The position numbers and the translations under genes were made by a program. Shown one piece after another: positions 13,767 through 26,531 of a stretch of 64,000 nucleotides of DNA. Each line of letters opens with the position of its first letter. Positions within the stretch are counted from its first letter, which is position 1. This DNA comes from Veleropilina oligotropha (lineage: Eukaryota): NCBI GenBank assembly GCA_048128005.1, contig JBEUKZ010000137.1:248001-312000 (forward strand), written 5' to 3'. The notes under the pieces are model-generated. The model was not told where the DNA came from. It made no database searches and saw only the letters and a program-made list of their open reading frames with translations.

Positions 13767-14150
13767 CGGTAGGTACAACACTGCATCAGTTTCAGCTGCA
13801 ACTAGATTGCATTATGTCCAGTGCATAGTCGAAGCTTTTGTACTGTTATTTTACGTCACCAGAATATCCAACAATTAATACACCTTTACTTTACCTGGAA
13901 TTTGACTCCTTGCCAATCACGTGTTTTCAATTTCACGGTGTTATTATTGACGACATGCATCCCATATTATTTCTTCCCGCCTGTTATTCTAGCTTTTTGT
14001 GTATGGTAGTAGTAAATCTACGACTGAACTTCAAATTTCACAATATATTGACAGTATATTTTAATTTTCTATTATATACAAATAAACCTGTGGTTTTAGC
14101 ATGCTTCCCGAGTTGTTCACTCGATACGATAACTACTTCCGGGTTAGGTC
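13767..14150 (-). promoter_or_regulatory. Candidate promoter and non-coding first exon of the DENND3-like gene
   Basis: Strong CG|GTAAGT donor at 13766; non-repetitive sequence; ETS-type CCGGAAGT on the minus strand near 14134-14141. The first coding exon has an acceptor, so a 5' exon must exist. Boundaries approximate. Confidence 0.4.
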
Positions 14151-14253
14151 AATCGGGCCTGCTTGGTATCAGCCTAGTCTATATCAGTATTACGAGTATA
14201 TGTTATCAGTGTCTAAACAATGATATATATATATATACGCTTATATAAACTGC

Positions 14254-14361
14254 TAGCCCGATAAATCTGCCCCTAGTTACAAGCTCGAAATCCTGACGGT
14301 CGCGTACACATGCGACCGTCAGGATTTCGAGCTTGTAATTAGGGGCCGATTTATCGGGCTA
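14254..14361. mobile_element. 108-bp fold-back MITE with a 9-bp TSD
   Basis: Near-perfect palindrome TAGCCCGATAAAT...ATTTATCGGGCTA flanked by ATAAACTGC at 14245-14253 and 14362-14370. Confidence 0.9.
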
Positions 14362-15134
14362 ATAAACTGCATGATAGCGACCTATAGGTATTTGATATTG
14401 CTGCTTTTTCTAAGAAAAGTGGACGTATACGGTGGCATATACGCCCTCATATACAGTTCATTTGATTTCAGTTTTGCATTAATTTTGTAATATCAAGTAT
14501 TTTTTTACTTTAGTATTATTTATAGTTTCGAGTTTGTTTTATTAATTTCAAGTTATCTTTTTAATTTCAAGTTATCTTTTTAATTTCAATTTATTTATTT
14601 TAGTTTGCACTGCGATGAAAATAAACGCGACACATTTGTCTTACGTCTACTTTTGTTTGCAGGATTCATGTTCTTCAAAATACGTCGCACTGTTTCGTTG
14701 TCAGTGTTGATATTGCGAGCATTTTTAAATCGTGCATTGCACGAGATCTACAGAAGCCCATTCCTGTCTGGTAAAAAATTAAATAAAAGTCGTTTGTACC
14801 ACTTTTCGTACGATATCCCATTCAGCATAACATTCAAATCATCTTTGTTTTTCTTTATGGGTCAAGTTTAGATGGCTTAACATAAGTTATCATACTTGTT
14901 GCCAAATCCTCACATTATTATGATTGTTTAATTGAACATGTATGTATTTGATCAAATAAATATTGTTTAAACCAAGTTTAGACTCTTTTACACCCTCTTC
15001 CAGTGTGACATGCTGATTTCTTGGCCTATATTATTATATATGAATAATAACGCTAATATTTTTGTGTATACAAATCCTAGGTTAAAATTGACCGCAGAAT
15101 TAGGGTTGATACACACGCAAACAATAATACAAGA

Positions 15135-15621
15135 CAGGCGCGGATCCAGGGGAGGGGGGGGGGGGAGGCGCACCCGGTGCATGCCCCCCCCTAAAGCTGG
15201 TCAAGCATACTAAAATAATATGCATAATCTGATACAAATGACTTTCAGAACATTATAAATAGGCCTACCCCAAAATACTAAAGTTGAATTGTATTACTAT
15301 TAGCTTTTGCAATGTAATAATGCATGAGGGGGGATTTCACACCGTTAATTGTCAAAATTTTCTTGCGCGTGAGGCCCCGTCCCCCACGCGAATAAGTCGA
15401 TTATGACAAAATAAAATAACAATTTGCCTCGTGCTATTTGAGTGACGGTGGTTCATAAAAAGTTAGAATGAAATATCGCTTTTTTCCTGTCAGAGTGCAG
15501 GAGAGGGAGTTTCAGGCTGTTGATTGTCAAAATTTTCTTTCGCATGGAGCCCCGCCCCCTCGCGAACAGTTGATAGTAAATTCAGCGCCCCCCCTAAGCA
15601 AAATTCCTGGATCCGCGCCTG
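15135..15621. mobile_element. Non-autonomous TIR element, 5-bp TSD
   Basis: CAGGCGCGGATCCAGG...CCTGGATCCGCGCCTG; TSD CAAGA on both sides. Confidence 0.9.
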
Positions 15622-16702
15622 CAAGATTTCATGTTTATTATCAGCCATTGCTTCTATTTATTTGTCAGTGTATATCAGCAATGAAAATAAGTTGTATATA
15701 TTGTCAATTTGTCAGTGTCGAAATGCCGTAAAGCTTCTAATAGGCGCCGAGGGTACGAGTGCATTGAAATTAATATGTGCCGGGTCAGTCAGATATTTAC
15801 TGCAAGCGGTCATACATGCATATTTATTCTTAACTTAGACTAGCAAATAGCAGGTCTCCTGTGGCTTTGTCTCATGTTTTCCTCAGAATTGTCTAAAATG
15901 TTCAACAAAATTAATGGGTGCAGGGCCTCAAATAATCTCCGACCTCTAATTAGCACCGCATCTACAAGCTACCTGAAATCATTTAGCGTCTGTGTGCCGT
16001 AGATTATAATATTTACGGTACCTAAATTATTACTATTAGAAGCAAGAAATATATAACTATAGCTTATGTTCAGCAATCTCTTATTGTTAAAGTGCACAAC
16101 AACGCTCTGAGAAGAGGCTATGTAATAAATAATACCCCGACTCCTGCGAAGATATCTTTCATAATTAGCGGAGCGAGTGAAATTATGCAAGATATCGCGC
16201 AGGGGTGTCAAGGTATTATCTCTCATACATGCCAAGACAATCTATTGCAAATTGCAACCTGTAACCCCTTAAAAGTATAATGAACAGCCGATATCAGCCC
16301 ATGGGCGCTTTATCAGAAGAGTCCACTTCTATCAACACCTTGTTAATTTCTTTGTCAGTGAGTTTGGCACCTTGTCAATTTCACCTCACTTTGGTTAATT
16401 CCATTGTTTGCCGAACAATGGAGGAACGGACCTAGAATTCCATTGTCTGTATATCGCACCAATGGTATGTATATAAAAATATCCAGTCATCTCATTAGTT
16501 GAGAAACACTACATTTTCATGTCTTAGCGGCTATAAAATGTACCGATCTTGGCATACAGATGCTGCAAATGCCTCAAACTCTTGGCATCGAAGTGATTGC
16601 AATGAAGTTTTTGTGTTGAAATATTATTTTCTTTACCACTGATAATGGAAAAGTACCAAATTTTATCTACATTTTTGTTTCTTTTAAACATAGGTAGCTG
16701 CC

Positions 16703-17850
16703 ATGGCACCTCCTAAAGCATGCCGTGTGATAAACTGTGGAAACCATCACGGAAAACTGAAAAAATGGGAGGATTCCATCTGCCCCACACACAAGTATCT
16801 TACCAACACTGGTTCATCTTTATGCCCTCCTCCTTTCGTTTTACATACCTTTCCCACAGAGAAGTCAGATATAACTAAACGACAGAGATGGGTGCGACTT
16901 GTGAACAGAAAAGACCCTAAAACTGGACGAATTTGGGTGCCAAATGCAGACTCGAGAATTTGTTCAAGGCATTTTAGAAATGGTCAATGAGATTTCGATC
17001 GTCATTGATATAGGGTACATTATGTCGCAAGCTAGTGTTAAAGCTCCACGAAAATTGCCTGCATTGCGAATGCCAGTAACGAAGAAAAAGAGAAAAATGC
17101 AATTCGCTCCCATTGCATCGTCACTGTTTAGTACTTCACAGTCTCTTGTATCTACATCGTATACACTTAATGAAGAGGAAAAATCTGAGGAAGATCATGA
17201 TCGACATGTTGCATCGGTTAGCGATGATCATGACTATTGGTCTAACATTTTTGCTAGCGATGTCGCCACTGAAAAACCAAGTGAACCATGTGATGGATGC
17301 ACATACTACCAAAATGCAATAAAAACCTCAAAAGGCCCAAATTAAACGCTTAAAGAATATAATAAAAGTTTTAACAGAAAAAGAAAAAATGTGACGCGTC
17401 GCAAAAGAAAAAATGTGACGCGTCGCAAAAACAAACGATTGTTGAAAATTGTTAGAAACTGACATCTGTGTTAAAGTTCACACACGGATACCAACTCGTG
17501 AAGATTTTGACAATATTTTTAACTTCTTAATTAAGTGAAAATTCACCAAAATTAACATACCAGAAAGGGCCATGTAGAACTATTAATAGTAATCGTAAAT
17601 TTTATATAACGCCGAAGAAATTTGGTCCTGATTGAAGCTCAAGCCAAAAGATGAATATTTGGGATTTGATTCTCCAGCTAAAGATCTTGGTGATAGATTT
17701 GGCCTTGCATTATATTTGCAACATGAATATGATTTATTTGAGAGGAGTTGGGTTCTTTAATATTTAATCCTCCTAGGGATGTAGTGTGGAAGCATTTACC
17801 CTACAAAGAATGAAAATACAAGAATGTGAGCCACAAAACAATTTGCACTG
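16703..17850 (+). pseudogene. Decayed THAP-domain transposase, PIF/Harbinger ISL2EU-like
   Basis: THAP C2CH signature (C-RVINC...LHTFP...W...V.R...W.P...RICSRHF), followed by frameshifted remnants TPKKFGP, PKDE, DLGDRFG typical of the HTH region preceding the DDE domain; many stops. Confidence 0.7.
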
Positions 17851-18350
17851 ATATTTTCATTAATTTAAATATGCTGATTCCGCTTCGTTACGTAATTACC
17901 TTCAAAAGAAAACTACAAATGGTGTATTTATCACAGACTGATTTTATGATTCGCAAGTTAATCTGCGCAGCCGCATAACGTATTCTAATTATTAGATAAC
18001 CGTTTCAGTTATAGACATAATTTTAGCGTGAACGGTTGCAATAGAAGCCATTGAATATAAATCATGGAAGTTTCCCCCAGTCAATTTTTAAATGTTACAA
18101 TATAATAATAGTAATATATGTATCAAATAATTTTAAAATAAGGTACATGCCATTAGTTGAAACTTTGTTCAGAAAATGTAGTTTATAATTTATACACGTA
18201 TATCGATACGTACACTTTTAATTCAATATCAACGTTTTACACTTTATTACCATATCTTATTTATGGATATCATATGGTAATCCCTAAACCAGCATAACTT
18301 GATGCAAATAATACATACAAAAAGAGTTAGATTAATTGATCACCATGAAT

Positions 18351-20259
18351 AACAAGAGCAAAAGCTCGAAACAGCTCGCATGAAACAGCGCTATAATCAC
18401 ATATGTGAAGGCCTTAAGCGGTGCAATCCCTTAATCATGTGAACTCTAGCGTTAAAAATACATTAAAAACAGTTAAATCAGCTGCAATTGTGAATATTGC
18501 AAAAGCATACACTGACCATGAGATACAGCTTGCTCTTGAAGGGCATACTAAATACACACCATGAGTTTCATAGTGTCAGTTTCTCCGTTGTTCCAGTTAA
18601 CAACCCAAACAATGAGTTAAGGGCCTTTTTCCATTAACGTGGGGCAGGCGTCAAACCGCACAATTTCAAGCAAGTACATTTCCTATATAGTGGGTAACCA
18701 CGCGGGTGCTACCCGCGCGGCCAAAAAAATCGCTGTGTTCGATTATTTTCAAATGCGCCGGCAAAACCGCTAGGGAATCCTGGAAATGTCAAATTTATTA
18801 GGGGTTCCGAAAAAAGCACACTTCTCATCAGCAATGGGGGAGGCGACACTTTGTTGTATTGTGCATTTTTGCGTATAAAACGACACTTGCAAAATAATAT
18901 CCGTGTATTATTGCTCAGAAGGCAATTAATGACCACCAAACAGACACACCGAATCTGTGTACACCAAATACCGTCAATAGGCCCATCATTCCTACATCGG
19001 CCTCAGTATGGAGAAATGCCTTGTAAGCAAAGAGCTATGCTCAATGATCCGATATGATTGATACAGATATTTTCAAAAGAAGGGAATATTGGATTATATA
19101 CGTAAAATTGCAAAGTAACCATGGTAATAACAAAATATAAGTAAACAAAAGAAATAAATTTGCTCAACAATAATGCATAAATAAATGAAAATATTCTTAT
19201 CTTAAACTGTATATGATAATGAATGCATGGTTCTATGCATAGCAAGATTCAGAAACTTTAATCAGATGCTTGCTAAATTTATCAAAAAAAGTTGTAAAAT
19301 TTAAATTTAAATAAATTATATTCAGCATTAATTACTCTGTAGGGTAAAAAAATACTGAAATTGTCATATCCAATATACACTGATGTCAAAGTAAGCCTGC
19401 ATTTGCAGATATAGCATGATTGAGAAACTAATCAAAAACTTGAACAAAAATTACTAAGTTCAAATGTATCATTTTGTGGTAAAATTTTAAATAAAATATC
19501 TTCAATGTTACTACTATAGGGTTACATTATGTTGATATCATGTTATAAAACATCTTATAAAACAAAATATTGCCTATGATTGCATTTATAGCACGATTGT
19601 GAAACTTTAACCAAAACTTTAACAAAGTTTCTAAGACCAATAACTACATTTTAAGGTCAAATTTTAATTAATTATCCTTCAATATCACTAAAATACAGTT
19701 GCAAGACATTGAAATAGTGTTGTATAACATGCAGTAATGTCAAAGATGTCATATGGTTGCATATATAGCATGATTAAGAAACTTTAACCAAAAACTTGAA
19801 CAAAAATTACTAAGTTCAAATGTATCATTTTGTGGTAAAATTTTAAATAAAATATCTTCAATGTTACTACTATAGGGTTACATTATATTGATATAATGTT
19901 ATAAAACATCTTATAAAACAAAATATTGCCTGAGATTGCATTTATAGCATGATTGTGAAACTTTAACCAAAAACTTGAACAAAAAGTTATCGCCCAATAA
20001 CCACATTTTAAGGTCATATTTTAATTAATTATCCTTCAATATCAATAAAATACAGTTGCAAGACATTGAAATAGTGTTGTATAACATGCAGTAATGCCAA
20101 AGATGGCATATGGTTGCATATATAGCATGATTGAGAAACTTTAACAAAAAACTTGAACAAAAAGTTAACGCCGGTCGGATATGGACGGACGGACGGACAG
20201 ACGGCCGGACGACATGCTCATTACATAGACTCGCATTTGCGTTGCATGCGAGCCAAAAA
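18351..20259 (+). mobile_element. Helentron/pearl-like element with ~180-bp (360-bp dimer) tandem units
   Basis: ACAAG start, sub-terminal CTCGCAT, repeats 19240-20165, (GGAC)n, 3' hairpin CTCGCAT...ATGCGAG then AAAA. Confidence 0.7.
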
Positions 20260-20457
20260 GCGCATGCTTGTAATTCAATATCGACGTTTTAAACATTTAT
20301 TACCATATCTTATATTTTATTTCTGGATATGGTAATCTCTAAACCAGCATAACTTTATGCAAAGAATACATACAAAAAGAGTTAGATTAATTGGCGGTAA
20401 ATCTCACTTTACGGAGCTGAAGTGGAATCAGCATCTTTTAAACACCCAAGAATTTTA

Positions 20458-22345
20458 AACAAGAGGCCTACCGACCTATATAGCTCCGCTTGGAAGGGTT
20501 CAGCAATCTAGTAAATATAGGCAAACAACTTTAGAAATTTGGGCAGCACTTCCCAAAGTAATAACATACCAAAGTAATAACATTGACAAAGCCCAAATTC
20601 CGAATGTCAGCGAAACTGGGACGTACATTTTTCTAATATTTACAGGATAAGTTAAACACATCGTAAGGAACGCTCATGCCAATTAAGAAATATACTAGAG
20701 CAAGTTTTTCGAGGAATAGTCTAATGAACTAGAAATTTGAGCAGCACTTCCCCATGTAATAGTATATCATTGATATTAGTAGCTAATTGCATACACTACA
20801 AAAACACATCCATACATCGCAGTTCGTAGGTTATTTTTTGTTTTGTTATGAGGCTATCAATGAAAGTCGCAGCCTCGTTTCAACCAATCGTATGTGGATA
20901 TTTTGATGTGCACCGCTTGATTTCAAATTCAGAAATGAGCTGTGAAGTCTTCTTGAACAGCATGATATTTAAAACTGTTACTTAAACTCGAGAAAATCTG
21001 ATATATACAGGGTGTTCTTGATCTTTAAAACAGCTGGACAACTCAGTATAGAGAATGGATACAACAGCAGAGTTAGTAATACAGAGTCCACACCTCAATC
21101 ACTCTGCAACTGCAAATAACCTTTGCCCTTGTCAACAGAGTTGGCTCACAGACAATGCAACATGCAGTAGTATACATTACATTACACACAAGCCTTGGAA
21201 TTGCTACTATGATCATTATACAACAGGCAACAGTAATATAAATTGTGACAATATAATCTACAAGGTTATATAATTAATAGAGGGAAGGTGTATGGTGTTT
21301 TGTTTGATTACATACCTGAAATACAAGTAACAGGAAAAGCAAAATAATAGGTTGTTCTAAAAACTTTAATGCTTATAGCATGGCATCTCCTGCAGGCAGC
21401 AGCAAGTGATGTCAATGAAACCTGATGCAACAACGTATGGTCACCCAGAGTGCTCTATTGGATGTATAATGTCAGTTCAAAATAAAATTTAAGGGATGCC
21501 TATTTTTTTTACATGAAATATGTACACTTAAATCCGGTGGGTTTAACCCAACCAACACATGGTAAGTAAATTTTAGAGAAACAGATTTCCAATTTTTTCA
21601 GGGTATGTTTACAACATTAATGATTATAAGTAAATTAAAAGCTCATGTCAAACTATAACGCTGTCACATTTCGTTAAGAAATGACTTGTCTAGAGCGATC
21701 GTGAGGAATTTTTAGCGTCAGCCATCTTGGATGTCGGACTACACCTGAAATATATAAGTGTAGTGTCCTCTTTGAAAGAATTCCGTTAAGAAATGACCTG
21801 TCTAGAGCAATGACAGCAGATTTTCTAAGTCCAAAAAGGTAAATATGGTGGCCGTGGCAGCCATCTTGGAGGTCGGATCACACCCAAAATATCTAGTTGT
21901 TGTGTCCTCACCCCAACCAATGCACATTCCGTTCAGAAATGACCTATCTACAGCGATCACAGCAGATTTCCTACGTCCAAAAATGTGAATTTTGGAAAAA
22001 ACAAGACGTAGAATTTCCTAATATTTTCAAGAAATGTTAAGAACATCATCAGGAAGGCTCATGCCAAATTAGAAAAATAGTTATCAGACAGTTTGGGAGT
22101 TATTAACATTTGACCTCAAAATTTGTCACAGAAGTGAATTTTCTAAGTCCAAAAAGGTAAATTTCGGAAAAACCGAGACGTAGAATTTCCTAATATTTTC
22201 AAGAAATGTTCAGAACATCATAAGGAAGGCTCATGCGAAAGTAAAAAAAAATTATCAGACAGATTTCAAGATATTCACATTTCAAGTCAAAAGTTGACAC
22301 CGGACAAAGCGGTATCAGTCAAGCTCCGCTGACTATGTCACAGTA
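20458..22345 (+). mobile_element. Helentron/pearl-like element (relative of 50542-51173)
   Basis: Both start AACAAGAGGCCTA..GACCTATATAGCTC and end GGACAAAGCGGTATCAGT.AAGCTCC.CTGACTA.GTCA; shared internal AGGAAGGCTCATGCC units. Confidence 0.65.
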
Positions 22346-22777
22346 ATCAGACTACAAACATCATCAAACTGTGAAAATTATTTAATAAACCAGAATTTCA
22401 ACAGGTTCTTTCAATTTTGTGTCTAACACATAAGGAGCAGGTCCTCGGATGTACACATTACACACCACAGTAGTTTCTTATACATGATTGAGCCATTTGA
22501 CAGTCTAATGGTTTATAACGTCCTGTATATTTACAACTATTAGGTTGAAGGCAGACATGTCCATATTATCGTGTGAGGAATGCCGGTCGACCGGGGAAAC
22601 CCGCCCTCTCTTGCCAGTTATGAACAACTATGATTATTAACTGAACAAAGAATGTTAATGCCCCAGCCGAGATTCGAACCTACTCGTTTAATAGTTAGTG
22701 CAATCGAGCCAGTGATTATCAGCGTCGGCACCACACAACTACAGCCAGGGGTGATCTTCAAGGAGATGGGTTCTTAT

Positions 22778-23135
22778 ATAAGTTGACAACTTTCGGTACT
22801 TCCCCCACAGCTCCGGCTTTTATACATATTTAAGGAGCTCCGGCTTGTATTCGTCTTAAATTTTCACACTCCGCGTATTATCTGCTACTAAAGGCAAATG
22901 CAGCTTGCGATAAGACACACGTGATGGGTATGTAGTTGTATTGGCTTTACAAACGTATATACACGGTAACACCGGACCGCCCCGTGAGCCTGGACTGACC
23001 GAGGTTCACCTGTTGCTAGTCCCCATGGATTTAACATTAACGACGCGTCCAAAATCGGAGATGAAAAAACGGATTTCCAAAGTTGAGTAAAAGCTGGAGC
23101 TGTGGGGGAAATACCGAAAGAGCGCCCAACTTTTT
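22778..23135. mobile_element. MITE with ~45-bp imperfect TIRs
   Basis: CTTTCGGTACTTCCCCCACAGCTCCGGCTTTTA versus TAAAAGCTGGAGCTGTGGGGGAAATACCGAAAG. Confidence 0.75.
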
Positions 23136-25220
23136 ATACATATGATTGACGTTTATATTAAACGCTGTTGTACCGCAGACCACACAGTGATGCTTTGGGA
23201 TATCACCTGGAGATCGGATTTAATGCGATTTGAGATAATCGAGTTCGATTTGCATCGATGCTTTATGCTGTCCCATTTTCGTAGCACCATCAAGGCCATG
23301 CCAATATTATCATGGAAGGGAAGCTCGGCTGCCCTCACTGTCCATTTATAGACAACTGAGATTGTTAATTGAACACGTTCCCAGCCGAGGATGCGAACCC
23401 AGTCCTATTAATGCTCGTATCCATTACGGCCCGGTCAGTTCTGTTAATGCTCGTATCCATTACGGCCCGGTCAGATCTGACACGTCATACTTCATTGTAT
23501 GTCGCAAATCCGCATCTGGGAATATGCCACACATGATCTATGACGCTTCATGCAAATCTGCTTCCATTTGTCCAAGGAGAGCACAGTAATGGTACATTAC
23601 ATTATACCCCACCTTTATAAAGGGGGACAAGTGAAGGAAACTAAATGTTTGTCAAAAAATGGGGATAACTGCAGAAATATTTCAGACAAATCGAACTTGA
23701 CCTCGGAGCTATTACTTACAATACAGTCATAAGATTTGAACAACATCCGATGTGCAGTTCAGAAGATAATTGACGGAAACTAAATGTTTTATGTCAGGCG
23801 AGGGGATAACTGTGCAAATATTTGTCGAAATTGTACCAAAATCGAACTTGACCTCCGAGGTATTATTTGCAACACAGTCATAAGATTGGAACAACATCCG
23901 ATGGGTGGTTCTGAAGACGGAAACCAAATTTTGTATGTCGAATAACTAAGTAATATTTGTAGAAATTCTGAAATTGAACTTTGCCTCCGAGCTATTATTT
24001 CGAACATAATCACAAGATTTGAAGAACATCCGATTTGCGGTTCTCAAGACAATTCACAGATGGACGGATGACCGAGGGTATAACATAATACCACGCCACA
24101 TCAATGTGTTGGGGTATAAAAAGGTCAAATTAATGAATTTTACACAGCTAAGCTACATCAAATTCACAAATGATTTATTGGCATTTTTATTTGTTGTCCT
24201 ATTGTGTCATCCATGGTAAAAAATCCACTATCTCCAGCAGGTTTGGATTCATGCTTATTATCCTGTATATTTATAATCATTAGTTTCAAAACAGGGCATG
24301 TCCATGACCCTAAGTAACAACTAGAGGTATAATCCTCATACAGGCCTGCCTTTTGGATATATAAATCCATAGAGAGGAAAATAATCAATAACTCTATATC
24401 TTCAAAGTGCCATCTGGAACGGAAATACACGAAAATGACCTTGACCTTTGACCCAGCGACCCCATCTTTGAACTTGGGCTAGGCCTGATGGTATATAAGA
24501 TGTATACCAAATATGAAAGGAGTACGTCCAGCGGTTCATCTTCTATGTGACAGAAAGCATCAGACGACGGACGCCAGTCCACGGCTATAGCCCTGCCTTT
24601 AGAAGGCGGGCCAAAAATGAAAAATTTAATCATTAAGTTTGGTAAAATGGTTAGTAAATGCCTGCATCTCAAGATACAGGAGGGAGGATTTCACACAGTT
24701 AATTCTCAAAATTTTATTCTGCATAGGAGATGGGCAGTTGATAGTACATTATAAAATTTGGGATCCCATTTGGAAAATCCTGGATCTGCCCTTGTACTGA
24801 AATTCGTTAAATTGAAAGTGATGCCCTTAGTGCCACTACGCACCGACTAACCACAGTTGCATAATGTGGGCACAAATTATCAAGACCGTATTTATATCAA
24901 CAACGGACAGCCGATCAGATTCACTTTAGGGGGAGATGCCCATCTAAAAATCACGATACGATTGCATAAGGTTTGCATTTGATATACCAGTTGGGTTTTT
25001 GAGAATTACCTCCCTTTGATTTTGAACTCTAGCAGAGTAAGCGCCATAGAGTAATATGGAGTTGGCGCTATTGCCTAACCTAAGAATAAATCAAAATACC
25101 TATTAAAATTATCTAATTATTATCCCGACAAGGACACCATCAACAAACACAGCTCTATGGAAATGATGTGACATATTCAGTTATCACATTATCAATTCAT
25201 GATACAGAAAGTTATTTTAT

Positions 25221-26531
25221 TCAATCATATTTTTCGACATAATTTGCGTCGCTTAAACAAAGATCCTCAATGACTTGATAGGTTGATGTGATTCCCCGTT
25301 CACGAATTTGTTCGTATCTCGATTTTAACCTGGCACAACTATACACCAGTAGCTGTGGCTTGGCGATGATTTTCGATGGAAGAATTTCGAACTCCTCCAG
25401 CAGCAAGTCGAGAATCTCGGCAAACCTCGACGTGTGACAATCCTTCAGAGCGGTTAAGCTGTTGAAGATCGTCTCGATTTCATCACGACGGCACCGCAGT
25501 CTGGCCTGGACGTAATCCATCACAGAAGAGTGGCCGGCCAGAGCGTCTTGGTCGCGTTGCCATGCCGATAACGAGACGCTAAACGATCGCTTACTTTCTG
25601 ACAGCAAATATGCTATGTGATCCTTATCCAGCAGATTAATCTCGTCTATCAGATGGAATCTTCTCTCCGCTTCGAGTCCGTTTATATTCAGCGAATTCAG
25701 ATGCTGCTTAATGTCGTCGGAGCTGAAAGCGTGCTCTTTCAATAGCTGTACGACTCGCGTTAACGATGTCAAAGATCGAGTGAGAAGGAATCGATGTTTT
25801 TCGCCATATTTCACGATATGTTTCTCTGAACAATCCAACAACGATGCGACATATCGATCGCGATTCTCGTGGTCACCCATAATGGCAACTTCTTTTTGAA
25901 AATCTGCCATGTATTTATAAAACTTTTGTTGGCTTATAACAAGATAACGCATCTTGTACTTGTAACGTCTGACGTTTTGCATTTCGTTTAACTGCAGTTT
26001 TAATGTAGCTAGGCTTTTCATAATCACTCCAGGATATGCGCAAATATCTTTAGCAATGAAACCATTTTCCAAGAGTAGACTCAGAACCGAGCGAACTTTG
26101 ACCCACCCGTGAGATGTAAATATTCTGGTGTCGCTTCTGATGAGTTTACGCACTAGTTCAACATCACAGTTCATTAAATCCACTAACTCTGTGACCTTGT
26201 CTTCGTTTTCATCCATCAGTAGGTTACTTTCATCAACATTTTTTGTCTTTATACGTGCATATTTCGGTAAAGCCAATGTGGATAACTTCATGGGGGCTTG
26301 GTTACGAATAAACTGTTGAAATTCAATTTTTGTCAGATTTTCGCACTCTTGTCTCAATACTGTTGTCGATAGACATCGTGTATCAAATTGAAACGCGACA
26401 ACTTCCATGATTTCCGACTTTAGATGTTTTCTGTTCTTACTTTCTTGACTGGAGTAGATTGTTTTATTATGGTAACGGTATGTGGAATATTGCAAACATG
26501 ATTTCACCATGTAAACCCGGGAAGGTATTTG
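25221..26531 (-). CDS. mTERF-family mitochondrial transcription termination factor (main coding exon)
   Basis: Uninterrupted 437-codon frame with repeated helical units of mTERF type (DICAYPGVIMKSLATLKLQL; IIAKPQLLVYSCARLKSRY...LCLSDANY); basic, Ser/Thr-rich N-terminal region; ttttcag acceptor at 26532-26534; first in-exon ATG at 26510. Confidence 0.75.
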   Translation of the reverse strand, partial: QIPSRVYMVKSCLQYSTYRYHNKTIYSSQESKNRKHLKSEIMEVVAFQFDTRCLSTTVLRQECENLTKIEFQQFIRNQAPMKLSTLALPKYARIKTKNVDESNLLMDENEDKVTELVDLMNCDVELVRKLIRSDTRIFTSHGWVKVRSVLSLLLENGFIAKDICAYPGVIMKSLATLKLQLNEMQNVRRYKYKMRYLVISQQKFYKYMADFQKEVAIMGDHENRDRYVASLLDCSEKHIVKYGEKHRFLLTRSLTSLTRVVQLLKEHAFSSDDIKQHLNSLNINGLEAERRFHLIDEINLLDKDHIAYLLSESKRSFSVSLSAWQRDQDALAGHSSVMDYVQARLRCRRDEIETIFNSLTALKDCHTSRFAEILDLLLEEFEILPSKIIAKPQLLVYSCARLKSRYEQIRERGITSTYQVIEDLCLSDANYVEKYD

